Shown here: positions 48,087 through 57,425 of the stretch, piece after piece
Position numbering within the stretch: position 1 is the first letter of the stretch
Layout of the letters: each line of letters begins with the position of its first letter
Assembly: GCA_001804815.1 (NCBI GenBank)
Contig: MHBI01000101.1
Coordinates: forward strand, 44,791-108,790
From: Lentisphaerae bacterium GWF2_50_93
GTDB taxonomy: Bacteria; Verrucomicrobiota; Lentisphaeria; Victivallales; GWF2-50-93
DNA length: 64,000 nt
Direction: 5' to 3'
Program-made: the position numbers and the translations under genes
The notes under the pieces: model-generated
What the model saw: the letters and a program-made list of their open reading frames with translations, nothing else
Database searches by the model: none
Told to the model about the DNA's origin: nothing

Positions 48087-49223
48087 TCAGCTCTTCACAA
48101 GGGCGGGATAATATTCCGCATAGAAGCCATGGATGATCTTTTCGAGATTGTCCGTGTTCATTATCCATTCGGCCGAAGGGTGTCCCATGACCTCGCTGAT
48201 GTTCTTGACGTCGAAAGTTATCTGCGAAGAGAAATACGGAAGGAAGTCGGATAGGAATTTCTGCACGACCCTCTCGTCCTGGTTCGGATTGTCGACTTCG
48301 GCTTCAACAGTCACCCCGGTTATTCCAAGCGCCCTGCCTACGGCGATTTCAATCATCCTGGTGGAGACCGGGCTGTCGCCTGTTATATGGTAGGTCTTGT
48401 TTCTGACGGACTTGTTAAGGAATATTTCAACGATGCATTTCTGTACATAATCGACTGGGACGAAATAGATCTTGTCGGACGGTGGCGCCTTGAGCCTGAG
48501 TTTGAGGGAGACTTTTTCCACCGGGTTGATCTTCATTTTAGAACAGCGGTGCTTCTTGAGCTTGGCCATGAATTCAAGAACCCTGTAGAACGCCAGAGGC
48601 TTCCTGATCTTTCCGTCACGGACCCTGCCAACGACAATTGAAGGCCTATATATGGTAAACGGGATGTCGGAAGCCCTGACAAGCTGTTCCGCCATGAATT
48701 TGCTTTTCTCATACGAGTTGTTGAAATCCCCGGCCACAAGGCCGTCCTCGATAGCCCTGCCCTTGTATTTGCCGGCTACATAGGCGGTGCTGACATAATG
48801 GAAAGCCTTGATATTGAGCTTGTGCGCCAGATCAAGCATTTTCCTGGTGCCTTCATAATTTGTCTTGAGGGTCCTGCCTTCGGGATCCTTGCCGAAATTA
48901 ACGTCGGCGGCACAATGGAAGAAGATATCTACGTCCTTGAGTTTCCTGAGCAGCTCCGCCCCGTCCACGGATGAGATGTCACCGTCAATCACAAGTATGC
49001 GCTTCAATATCGACTCAGCAAGGTCTGACCTGCCGTCGAACTCGCACTGGTCCAGGATTATCTGCTTGACCCTTTTTTTGGCGGACAATATATCTGTACC
49101 CCTTGCAAGGGCGATAATCTCCAGCTTCTCCTTACGTTCGAGAAGCATAGCTGAAAACGCACTTCCAATAAGACCTGTTATTCCTGTAACAAAAACTTTA
49201 GACACCAAATTCCTCCAGATCAC
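48087..49223 (-). CDS. SDR-family NAD(P)-binding protein, thioester/fatty-acyl reductase-like (NAD_binding_4 type)
   Basis: 378 aa with 'VFVTGITGLIGS', 'FHCAADVNF', 'VSTAYV' and 'YEKSK'. Confidence 0.7.
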   Translation of the reverse strand: MIWRNLVSKVFVTGITGLIGSAFSAMLLERKEKLEIIALARGTDILSAKKRVKQIILDQCEFDGRSDLAESILKRILVIDGDISSVDGAELLRKLKDVDIFFHCAADVNFGKDPEGRTLKTNYEGTRKMLDLAHKLNIKAFHYVSTAYVAGKYKGRAIEDGLVAGDFNNSYEKSKFMAEQLVRASDIPFTIYRPSIVVGRVRDGKIRKPLAFYRVLEFMAKLKKHRCSKMKINPVEKVSLKLRLKAPPSDKIYFVPVDYVQKCIVEIFLNKSVRNKTYHITGDSPVSTRMIEIAVGRALGITGVTVEAEVDNPNQDERVVQKFLSDFLPYFSSQITFDVKNISEVMGHPSAEWIMNTDNLEKIIHGFYAEYYPALVKS

Positions 49224-49366
49224 AAACGACTTGTTATTAATGACTCAGATTTTCATAAGGATTATAAAACATGAAAGATTGGAATTTATCACGCCTTTCA
49301 AATAAAAATACTTCTAAAACACAATTTTTCCTATTATATAGCGTTTTTTTGTCGTTACAGCCTCAA

Positions 49367-50431
49367 TCAGGTAATCCAAGCACCCCCTAAAAGCATGTCT
49401 TTTTCATAAAAAACTACGGCCTGACCGGCTGTAACCGCCCGCAGCGGTGTGTCAAAACATACTTTGACCCCTCCGTCAACCGCGGGGCTGACCAATGCAG
49501 GCACCGGCCTGCTCCTGTAGCGGATCTGGGCCAGGCATCTGAATTCCCTGCCTGCGAAATCCGCAACCTGCCAGTTCACATCCTTCGCCATGAGAGTGTT
49601 ACACATAAGAGCCTCTTCATCCATTGAGACAAAGACATCCCCGCTTTCGGGGTCAATCTTGATGACATATGCCGGGGCGCCGAGGGCGATTCCAAGCCCT
49701 TTCCGCTGTCCAATAGTGAAAAGGTGGATTCCATCATGCTCTCCAAGGATTTTTCCGTTCATATCCTTCAAATGGCCTTTTTTGCTTTCGCCCTTGAACA
49801 ACTTTTGGAGGGTTTGGGCAAAAGTCTCGTCCTTGTACCCGAAACAGGCGTCCTGGCTTTCAGTCTTCTCGGCGTTCGGCAGGCCGAAATTGCGGGCCAT
49901 TTCTCGGACTTCGCTTTTTTTGAAGGGACCGAGAGGCATGAAGGATCTTCCAATTTGCTCGGGAGTAAGTCCGAAAAGGAAGTATGTCTGGTCTTTTCCA
50001 GCATCAACCCCGCGACGGAGAGTATCACCTTCTATTACAGCGTAATGCCCGGTTATTATCCCCTCGGCTCCGATTTTCAGGGCATAATCGATGAGTGTCC
50101 CGAACTTGAGGTATCTGTTGCATAAGGCGCATGGGTTAGGAGTTCTTCCGCAGGCATATTCCTGCCATGCCTTCCTGAGAATCTTCTCCTCGAATTCCTG
50201 CTGGACATTCAGGAAATAATGGGGGATGCCAAGCTTGTCGGCGGCACCGCGCGCATGCATGTCGTCCTCGATCCCGCAGCAGGACTTACGCTTGTCCGGC
50301 ATGTTCTCGCATGAACGCATCTTGAGCGTGACACCGACAAGTTCCACGCCCTTTTCGCGGTACATTGCAGCTGCGACGCTGGAATCGACTCCACCGCTGA
50401 TGGCCACGACAAGTTTTTTCGGAAATCCCAT
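49367..50431 (-). CDS. mnmA: tRNA 2-thiouridine(34) synthase
   Basis: RBS GGAG precedes the ATG at 50431. The PP-loop is 'VVAISGGVDSSVAA', with 'CCGIEDD' also present. Confidence 0.92.
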   Translation of the reverse strand: MGFPKKLVVAISGGVDSSVAAAMYREKGVELVGVTLKMRSCENMPDKRKSCCGIEDDMHARGAADKLGIPHYFLNVQQEFEEKILRKAWQEYACGRTPNPCALCNRYLKFGTLIDYALKIGAEGIITGHYAVIEGDTLRRGVDAGKDQTYFLFGLTPEQIGRSFMPLGPFKKSEVREMARNFGLPNAEKTESQDACFGYKDETFAQTLQKLFKGESKKGHLKDMNGKILGEHDGIHLFTIGQRKGLGIALGAPAYVIKIDPESGDVFVSMDEEALMCNTLMAKDVNWQVADFAGREFRCLAQIRYRSRPVPALVSPAVDGGVKVCFDTPLRAVTAGQAVVFYEKDMLLGGAWIT

Positions 50432-50615
50432 ATTTTTCTCCTGCGGATATTTTTGTCCTTGCGGACAAAAATATATCATGAACCAAGCTTTTCCAGAAAA
50501 ACGTCAATCATTTATGTCTGCCATTTCCATTTGATGCAATATGCCAATTCTTGACATGATGATTCAGGGAAAGCACATGGCTTTGAAATTCCCTGCCAAT
50601 AATGTATTATAATAG

Positions 50616-50882
50616 ATGAAAACGACATTAGAAATGCCTGGAAAAACCACTTCGGCAATTGAAGTCACGCACATAGACAGCCATGGATTTTGGCTTTTTG
50701 TGCAAGGAAAGGAATATTTCCTGTCGGGACAAGGGATAAAGCTTGATGATGCGAAGTCACATGCAGAGAAAGCCCTTGTTCAAGATCCTGAAAATGGTCA
50801 TATTTTAGATACATTGGGGAAATCTTCAATTTATTCAAAAACGATGCTGTCCTCTCAGACCATACAGCCGAAACCTATTTGA
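50616..50882 (+). pseudogene. Chimeric ORF: a DUF2442-like N-terminal fragment joined to a TPR-like fragment
   Basis: 'AIEVTHIDSHGFWLFVQGKEYFLS' looks DUF2442-like, and 'AEKALVQDPENGHILDTLG' looks TPR-like. Neither domain is complete. Confidence 0.3.
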
Positions 50883-50907
50883 AGCTTGGAGAAAAAAGAC
50901 ACTAAAT

Positions 50908-50958
50908 AAGTATGGCGGGTTTTAACCCGCCAATTGTCGGGATTAATCCCGACATACT
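50908..50958. repeat. Three-way-junction palindromic module, copy 1
   Basis: AAGTATG, hairpin GGCGGGTT/AACCCGCC, AATT, hairpin GTCGGGAT/ATCCCGAC, then ATACT. Confidence 0.6.
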
Positions 50959-51059
50959 AAATGCCGCTCAATGCTCACTTGGCCTGACATCAAACTACCG
51001 ACAACCAAAGCATCACCCCCGAATATTACAGCGTTTATACTGGCTAATTCTTCTTCATG

Positions 51060-51101
51060 ATATATATTTTCGGACTTTCATGAAAGTCTGAAAATATATG
51101 T
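51060..51101 (+). promoter_or_regulatory. 42-nt near-perfect palindrome covering the ribE start codon
   Basis: Of 21 mirrored positions, 19 are Watson-Crick and 2 are G.T. The centre is CA|TG at 51080/51081. The ATG at 51098-51100 lies in the 3' arm. Confidence 0.5.
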
Positions 51102-51751
51102 TCACAGGAATAGTACAGACAGTTGCGAAGATCGCAGACAGGAAGCTTGCCGGCAAGGCGGGAAAGCTTGTCATTGAACTCGATTCCCCCCTCAGGAACC
51201 CAGTCAGGGGCGAGAGCATCGCCGTCAATGGCGCATGTCTCACGCTGGAGGAGAGTTCAGGAAACAGCATCGTCTTCCATGTGCTTGAAGAAACTTTGAA
51301 GAAGACCAACCTTGGGTCACTTCCTAAAAAATCAAAGGTTAACATTGAAAGAGCCCTTTCAGTCGGCGATTCCCTTGGTGGGCACATGGTATCCGGCCAC
51401 ATTGACACCACCTGCCCCGTCAAAAGTCTCAGGAAAAAAGGCGGCGACTGGGTGCTGTCTATTGAATTCCCCGAGGAACTGGCACCATACTTCGTTGAAA
51501 AGGGCAGCGTTGCGATTGATGGAGTGTCCCTGACCGTGGTTGAGGCCGGCAAGGACTATTTTTCAGTGCATCTCATACCGACAACCATGGGAATGACATC
51601 GCTGCCTGAGAGAAAACCCGGAGACCTTGTGAACATTGAAACCGACATTATCGGGAAATACATACTGAGATACCTGAAAGCTTCCGGCGGTTCAAAGAAG
51701 AATTCAAAACTGGACATGGATTCACTCAGGGAGTCCGGCTGGCAGCTCTAA
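51098..51751 (+). CDS. ribE: Riboflavin synthase (alpha chain)
   Basis: 217 aa. 'MFTGIVQ' N-terminus and the duplicated barrel motifs 'GESIAVNGACLT' and 'GSVAIDGVSLT'. Confidence 0.92.
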   Translation: MFTGIVQTVAKIADRKLAGKAGKLVIELDSPLRNPVRGESIAVNGACLTLEESSGNSIVFHVLEETLKKTNLGSLPKKSKVNIERALSVGDSLGGHMVSGHIDTTCPVKSLRKKGGDWVLSIEFPEELAPYFVEKGSVAIDGVSLTVVEAGKDYFSVHLIPTTMGMTSLPERKPGDLVNIETDIIGKYILRYLKASGGSKKNSKLDMDSLRESGWQL

Positions 51752-51779
51752 AAACCAACCACCGGAAAAACTATAGGGT

Positions 51780-51944
51780 GATTGGATTGTTGGATAATTG
51801 GATGAATGGGTTTGAATTCAACGGGATACAAAACATGCGAGAAGACATGGAAACATCTGAAAAATTATTTCATGGATTTCACATCGGTTTTTATTATTCC
51901 CATGCCCTTCATACCCAACCATCCAGCAATCCATTAATCCAATC
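51780..51944. mobile_element. MITE-like 165-bp element with 37-nt imperfect terminal inverted repeats made of 8-nt TTGGAT words
   Basis: The left arm (51780-51816) and the reverse complement of the right arm (51908-51944) match at 29 of 37 positions. The left arm reads GATTGGAT TGTTGGAT AATTGGAT GAATGGGT. Confidence 0.5.
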
Positions 51945-51965
51945 ATCCATGGGCTGGAAGTAAGC

Positions 51966-52772
51966 ATGAAAAACAAGAGACTGGTCAACAAGCTTGGAAT
52001 CAGCTATGTCTACGGTCCGGAGGACTGGGAGGCGACGCTGGAGCACATCAATCCCAAGGTTTTCTCCTGCGCGGAAATACCCGGTGAATTCCTTGACGTG
52101 AAGAATATTTCAGATGAATTCAAGTCCGCCGGACTTGATATAATCAACGTCAAGGAACCCCTGCCCCTCCCTGTGGCCAGGAGCATATACGGGCAGGACA
52201 GGAAGATCGTCGACAAGATTAAAAAACAGCTCGGGCTCCTGCTTAAAATAATATCCGGCTTCCCGTGCAGCAACGTTTCGATCGACTTTGGCATCGACCT
52301 TGCTGTAACGAACCAGGAAAAAAAGAACTCACTGATTGGATTCATCAAGGAAATGACGCCTGCATTACATAAGGAAGGCATCTGCCTGTGCATACCGTCG
52401 AGGATCCCGATGCCTCCTCCGGCGACATCGGAGGATTATTTCACGTTCCTGAAGGAGACGATGTACGGCGGAATACGTTTTTCGGCTGACATCTACCCCC
52501 ACGAAATCCAGAAGTCCGCAAACTTAGCGGATCTGCTCAGGTGGTATAGGTTCGACATGAACATCGTGCGCTTCATATATGAGCCTGAGGCCGGAAACCT
52601 CCTGGTTGAAAAGATAATCGCGAACTGGTTCGAGGTGTTCGAAAAAATATCATACCGCGGTCCGGTCATATTCTGTCCGAAGATTTCCACATCCGCCCAT
52701 TTTATCAGGGAATGCAGCCGGCTTGCCGAACTGGTAAGGACTTTCAATTCTGGAAGAGCGACGGAAAAATAA
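51966..52772 (+). CDS. Hypothetical protein (268 aa), possibly TIM-barrel (xylose-isomerase-like fold)
   Basis: ORF with plausible coding composition and no firm motif. Confidence 0.35.
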   Translation: MKNKRLVNKLGISYVYGPEDWEATLEHINPKVFSCAEIPGEFLDVKNISDEFKSAGLDIINVKEPLPLPVARSIYGQDRKIVDKIKKQLGLLLKIISGFPCSNVSIDFGIDLAVTNQEKKNSLIGFIKEMTPALHKEGICLCIPSRIPMPPPATSEDYFTFLKETMYGGIRFSADIYPHEIQKSANLADLLRWYRFDMNIVRFIYEPEAGNLLVEKIIANWFEVFEKISYRGPVIFCPKISTSAHFIRECSRLAELVRTFNSGRATEK

Positions 52773-52775
52773 CAT

Positions 52776-53465
52776 ATGCGCAAACTCATAGCAATATCCG
52801 TGATCATCCTCCAGGGGGCACTGCTTGGCGCCCAGATAAAAATCACCGACAAGGGGCAGGTATTGTCGAAGTTCCTTGATGGTCTCCAGGTTGACAGGAA
52901 GTGGCTTTCCTCGGGTCAGCAGATTGATTGGCAGACAGGGGAACTGAGTACAAAGAAGGATGACCCTGCCAACATGGTCCCATCCACTGATCCCAAGAAT
53001 AAAAAACCGCAGCCGGCACCGGCGGTCGACAAGAAGATCAATACCCACTGCAGCTCGTTTGTAGCTGCGGCCTGCGCAAGACTCGGCATCTACATACTCT
53101 GTCCTCCTGAACACTCAACCGTCCTCCTTTCAAACGCCCAGTACGACTGGCTGCTGGACAAGGGTCCGGAAAAGGACTGGAACCAGGTTCTTCTTCCGAC
53201 CGAGGCGCAGGAACTTGCAAACCAGGGGAACCTTGTGGTGGCGGTATGGAGGAATCCGGACTTCCAGAAACCGGGGCACATAGTGATCATCAGACCTTGC
53301 ACGAAAAACGAGTCCCAGATAGCCACCGAAGGGCCGGACATTATTCAGGCTGGCACCAGGAACTACAACAGCACGACCCTCAAGGAAGGTTTCAAGAACC
53401 ACAAGGGCGCCTTCGACAGTTCGGAAATACTCTTCTTCTCCCATGAAATACCTGCGAAGAAGTAG
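52776..53465 (+). CDS. Secreted protein with a papain-fold-like Cys/His pair (NlpC/P60- or CHAP-like hydrolase candidate)
   Basis: Signal peptide 'MRKLIAISVIILQGALLGA', 'NTHCSSFVAAACARLG' (Cys) and 'KPGHIVIIRP' (His). Confidence 0.35.
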   Translation: MRKLIAISVIILQGALLGAQIKITDKGQVLSKFLDGLQVDRKWLSSGQQIDWQTGELSTKKDDPANMVPSTDPKNKKPQPAPAVDKKINTHCSSFVAAACARLGIYILCPPEHSTVLLSNAQYDWLLDKGPEKDWNQVLLPTEAQELANQGNLVVAVWRNPDFQKPGHIVIIRPCTKNESQIATEGPDIIQAGTRNYNSTTLKEGFKNHKGAFDSSEILFFSHEIPAKK

Positions 53466-53531
53466 TTCACCAGCAGAAATCTCTTCCATGCTGTCCCAGG
53501 AATCCAGAATGGTACAGGCTAAAGCCCGTAC

Positions 53532-54911
53532 CTACTTCAGATGAGTGAACTTGGTGCTTCCGATCGGGAATACATTGAAACCGATTTTGAAAAGCTCCTT
53601 GTGGTCGAGAAGGTTCCTGCCATCGAATATGAAGGCGGGTTTCTCCATTGACGCATAGATCTTCCTGTAGTCGAGTTTCCTGAACTCGCTCCATTCAGTA
53701 AGGATGAGGACGGCGTGGGAGTTCCTTGCGCACTTGTAGGGGTCGTTCACAAACTCGAACTTGCCCTTGTCATCCGCAAGATCCCTCTTCGCATTATCCA
53801 GGGCCTCGGGATCGCAGATCGCAAGCTCGGCCTTTTCATCAAGAAGCATCCTGCTGACATAGATGGCGGGGGATTCGCGGGTGTCACCGGTGTCGGCCTT
53901 GAATGCAAAACCGAACACTGCAATCTTCTTGCCGGCCACCGTATTGAACATGTTCTTCACTATGTTCTTGACAAATCTTCTTTCCTGGAAATCATTTATC
54001 TTGACGACTTCCTCCCAGTAGGCGGCGACCTCAGGCAGGCCGTAATATTCACAGAGATACACGAGGTTCAGGATGTCCTTTTTGAAGCAGGAACCTCCGA
54101 ACCCGACACTGGCCTTGAGGAACTTAGGGCCTATACGGCTGTCCATTCCAACGGCTTTCGCCACTTCATTGATATTGGCATCTGTCTTCTCGCAAAGCGC
54201 GGAAATACTGTTTATTGAAGAGATCCTCTGTGCGAGCATGGCGTTGGCGACGAGCTTGGATAGTTCGCTGCTCCAGACGTTGGTGGAGAGAATCCTCTCC
54301 CTCGGAACCCAGTGGGCGTAGATTTCCACAATTCTTTCAACGGCTTTTCTGCCGCTGGCCGTCTCCATCCCGCCGATGAGGACCCTGTCAGGATTCTGCA
54401 TGTCGTCGATCGCCGTGCCTTCGGCCATGAATTCAGGATTGGAAATGACGTCGAAGTCAAGTCCTTTAGTATTGGAATGGAGGATCCTGTGCATCGCCTC
54501 GGCGGCACGTAGCGGCAGGGTGCTTTTCTCAATGACGATCTTGTTGTCCTCCGCATGCTCAACTATGGCCCGGGCCGTTTTCTCCCAGTACTGGAGGTCT
54601 GCTGCCTTGCCGGCGCCTTCGCCGAAAGTCTTGGTCGGCGTGTTCACGCTTACAAAAATAATACCGGCATCCTTGATGCCCTTTGCAATGTCCGTCGTGA
54701 AAAAAAGCCTTTTCCCCCGGACATTCCTGACGAGTTCAGAAAGTCCCGGCTCATATATCGGGAGCTTGTCGGAATTCCAGGCATTTATCCTCTTCTCGTC
54801 TATGTCCGCCACGGTGACCTTGTAGTCAGGACATTTTGAAGCAATGACAGCCATGGTCGGTCCGCCGACATATCCGGCACCTATGCAGAGAATATTTTTG
54901 TCTTTTTTCAT
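53532..54911 (-). CDS. ugd: UDP-glucose 6-dehydrogenase
   Basis: 459 aa with '[13 protein letters not shown]' and the catalytic-Cys motif '[10 protein letters not shown]'. Confidence 0.92.
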   Translation of the reverse strand: MKKDKNILCIGAGYVGGPTMAVIASKCPDYKVTVADIDEKRINAWNSDKLPIYEPGLSELVRNVRGKRLFFTTDIAKGIKDAGIIFVSVNTPTKTFGEGAGKAADLQYWEKTARAIVEHAEDNKIVIEKSTLPLRAAEAMHRILHSNTKGLDFDVISNPEFMAEGTAIDDMQNPDRVLIGGMETASGRKAVERIVEIYAHWVPRERILSTNVWSSELSKLVANAMLAQRISSINSISALCEKTDANINEVAKAVGMDSRIGPKFLKASVGFGGSCFKKDILNLVYLCEYYGLPEVAAYWEEVVKINDFQERRFVKNIVKNMFNTVAGKKIAVFGFAFKADTGDTRESPAIYVSRMLLDEKAELAICDPEALDNAKRDLADDKGKFEFVNDPYKCARNSHAVLILTEWSEFRKLDYRKIYASMEKPAFIFDGRNLLDHKELFKIGFNVFPIGSTKFTHLK

Positions 54912-55083
54912 AAACAGCCTTTTTCTGATTTATGGGGAAATTCAACGGCCTATAATCTATATCCTATTTCAAACAAAACCAGCACGTCATAAATGGAAGC
55001 TTTAAAATATGGTAAATAGCATGTAGACTGTGGTGACAAATCGATGGAGTACCGCTATATTCCAGAACAACACAGGAGTTTAA

Positions 55084-56775
55084 ATGAATTATACGGTTAA
55101 ATTTCTGACTTTCCTGATTTTGATCAGCCTCCCCCTGGCTTCAATGTCTGCGGACAGGAGGAAAGGCGAGGACAAGCCATACGTCACGAAGATCGGCCTT
55201 GAAGAGACCATAAATTCCGAGGGCATAAAGGTAAAGCTCTTCAAGGATGCCGTCGCGAAACCCCTGCCTGCCATCGAAAACAAGAAGATCCAGAACGGCA
55301 AAGGCGAGAAGTTCGACGTGTATAATCCCGCCGAACTGTGGCTCCACGACCAGTACGTGGGCAGCTGGGGCAGCAACCAGGACATGATTTCCATTATCAA
55401 GATGACTCTCCCTCCTCCGACCGGCGTACGCTCCGTCTTCCAGGGCCTTGTATTAAAGGATGATTATGGCAAATGGAAAAATGAGGCAAAACCTGACTGG
55501 AACGACACCCTTGTGGCAGAATGGATCAAGCAGATCGGAAACGGAAAGTTGAAGGATGCCAAAGGCGAGGCCATACAGAAAGATATACAGAAAAAAAACA
55601 AGATCTCCCGTTATTATACAGGAGACGCCACTGAGGACGCCACCAGACGGATCTACACGGCCGTATGTTCCGACAGGCCGAATGACAGGTACGTCATAAT
55701 CTATGAGCTCGGCCGCAATGCCGACATTGAAAAGGGCTCCAAGGTCATACTGCAGTCCCTGCAGTCACTTACATTCTTCCCGCCAAAGAAGACTGATGAC
55801 AAGGACAAGCAGATGACAACCACCAAGACGGTGAAGAAGAAGGATTATTCAGACGAATACATCCAGAGCAAGGAGAAGGTGATCCAGAACATCAGGAACC
55901 TGAAGGACTGGTGGTATCTGGAAACTGAGAGTTTCATCATCGTGTCAAACCTGAAGAACAAGAAGACTATCAACGACCTCCAGCTGAACCTTGAGAAGAG
56001 CCGGAGCGCATTCGTGAAGTTCTACCCATTGAAAGCTCCGCTCAAGGCGGTAAGCGTCTGCAAGGTCTTTGAATCAAGGGATGAATATATTTCCTACATC
56101 CCCTCTGAAATGAAATGGTCTGCCGGAATATGGATGGCCGACAAGAAGGAGCTTGCGATCTCGCCGATGAACTGGGGGAGCCAGTCCGACAACCGCAAGA
56201 TCATGATCGACATAGCTTTTCATGAAGGTTTCCACCAGTACATCTTCTACGCGGCCAATGAAAATCATTCGGCGGCATGGTTCAACGAAGGGAACGCCTG
56301 CTTTTTCGAGGGGATCGACTTCAAGTCCGGCAACAAGGTGAAGATAGACCTTACGAACCGCGCCGAACAGATGAAAAAGCTTGCAGGAGGCAATTTCAAC
56401 ATCGAGAACTTCATCCATCTCGGATACCAGCAGTTTTACGGCAACAAGGAAACAAGTTATTCCCTTGCATGGGGCCTTATTTTCTTCCTCCAGAAAGGGG
56501 CGCCTGTCATGAAGGAGAAAAACAACTACGCTGAAATCCCGGCAAAATACTATGACGCGCTCATTGAATTGAAAGATGAGGACAAGGCGACCGACAAGGC
56601 CTGGGAAGGCGTCGACTTCAAGAAATTCTCCAGGAATTTCGAAGAGTTCTGGAAAAGCGACACCATGATAAAACGCGCTGAAATGTATGATCCCCTTGAG
56701 GCCAGGGAAAAGAACGCTCCGAAGAGCACTCCCGCTGCTCCGGCAAATCCGGCGACCGTTCCTGCCGTCAAATAG
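55084..56775 (+). CDS. Secreted DUF1570-like putative zinc metallopeptidase
   Basis: Signal peptide. 'IAFHEGFHQY' is an HExxH motif, followed by 'WFNEGNACFFEG', as in DUF1570/peptidase-MA-like proteins. Confidence 0.5.
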   Translation: MNYTVKFLTFLILISLPLASMSADRRKGEDKPYVTKIGLEETINSEGIKVKLFKDAVAKPLPAIENKKIQNGKGEKFDVYNPAELWLHDQYVGSWGSNQDMISIIKMTLPPPTGVRSVFQGLVLKDDYGKWKNEAKPDWNDTLVAEWIKQIGNGKLKDAKGEAIQKDIQKKNKISRYYTGDATEDATRRIYTAVCSDRPNDRYVIIYELGRNADIEKGSKVILQSLQSLTFFPPKKTDDKDKQMTTTKTVKKKDYSDEYIQSKEKVIQNIRNLKDWWYLETESFIIVSNLKNKKTINDLQLNLEKSRSAFVKFYPLKAPLKAVSVCKVFESRDEYISYIPSEMKWSAGIWMADKKELAISPMNWGSQSDNRKIMIDIAFHEGFHQYIFYAANENHSAAWFNEGNACFFEGIDFKSGNKVKIDLTNRAEQMKKLAGGNFNIENFIHLGYQQFYGNKETSYSLAWGLIFFLQKGAPVMKEKNNYAEIPAKYYDALIELKDEDKATDKAWEGVDFKKFSRNFEEFWKSDTMIKRAEMYDPLEAREKNAPKSTPAAPANPATVPAVK

Positions 56776-56925
56776 GTAAGCGTTAAGCTTGGCATATCGG
56801 CCTCTTTTAAGGCATTCAAGTATGGCTCTTTCGCCGAAAGAGCCTCGAGCCACTTTCGGCGAAAGTGGCATACTTTAACAAAATATGTCCAATTGCCTAC
56901 GGACAAAAGGCAGCTTAACGCTTAC
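56776..56925. mobile_element. MITE-like 150-bp element with perfect 14-bp TIRs and an internal three-way-junction module (copy 2)
   Basis: GTAAGCGTTAAGCT (56776-56789) pairs with AGCTTAACGCTTAC (56912-56925). The internal module at 56818-56875 reads AAGTATG, GGCTCTTTCG/CGAAAGAGCC, TCGA, GCCACTTTCG/CGAAAGTGGC, ATACTT. Confidence 0.55.
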
Positions 56926-57005
56926 TCGAATAGGCTGTTTTGCTAATATAAAGTAAACTTTTTGAGGAATCCTCTAATAAACTGGCAATCCATTCGTCAT
57001 TCATT

Positions 57006-57419
57006 ATGAAGACAGAAAAGGGCAACAACAGCGGCAATAGCGGAAAAGGGACGGGCTCCGGGCTGGAACCGATGGCAGAAATAATTGAAATCATCAAGGA
57101 ACACGAGGCCCCACTGCCCGGGCATGCGGGAAGGCCAACCCGCGACAATGAGACCGCAGATGATATTGCGGATTTCGCAGGATCCGGTCGGCCTGACAGG
57201 ACGTTCGAAAAGGAAGAAGCCATGATGCTGGTGCGTAAAAAGATAATGGAGCTTGAACCGCGCGGCCGCGAGATCGTGATACTCAAGCTCGAACATGGCA
57301 GGAGCTATAAGGAGATCGCGGAGATCATGGGCATCAGCGTCACAAACGTAGGTCTAATTTTGCATACGGCCATGAAGAAGCTTGTAAAGGAATTCAACTC
57401 AGAGGCGAAAGGGAGGTAA
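57006..57419 (+). CDS. Sigma-70 region-4-only protein (ECF-like sigma4 HTH with a disordered Gly/Ser-rich N-terminus)
   Basis: 137 aa. 'IMELEPRGREIVILKLEHGRSYKEIAEIMGISVTNVGLILHTAMKKL' looks like sigma region 4. No region-2 sequence is visible in this ORF or upstream. Confidence 0.6.
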   Translation: MKTEKGNNSGNSGKGTGSGLEPMAEIIEIIKEHEAPLPGHAGRPTRDNETADDIADFAGSGRPDRTFEKEEAMMLVRKKIMELEPRGREIVILKLEHGRSYKEIAEIMGISVTNVGLILHTAMKKLVKEFNSEAKGR

Positions 57420-57425
57420 CCGCGG

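Noticed and set aside
50880-51097. FMN (RFN) riboswitch upstream of ribE, and ZTP or THF riboswitch upstream of fhs (10553-10879).
   Set aside because: I could not recognise the conserved cores of these riboswitches by eye. Only an Rfam/Infernal scan can settle this.
51778-51963. 61-aa ORF between ribE and the next gene.
   Set aside because: It lies entirely within the TIR element, and its sequence is dictated by the TTGGAT word repeats. It has no RBS.
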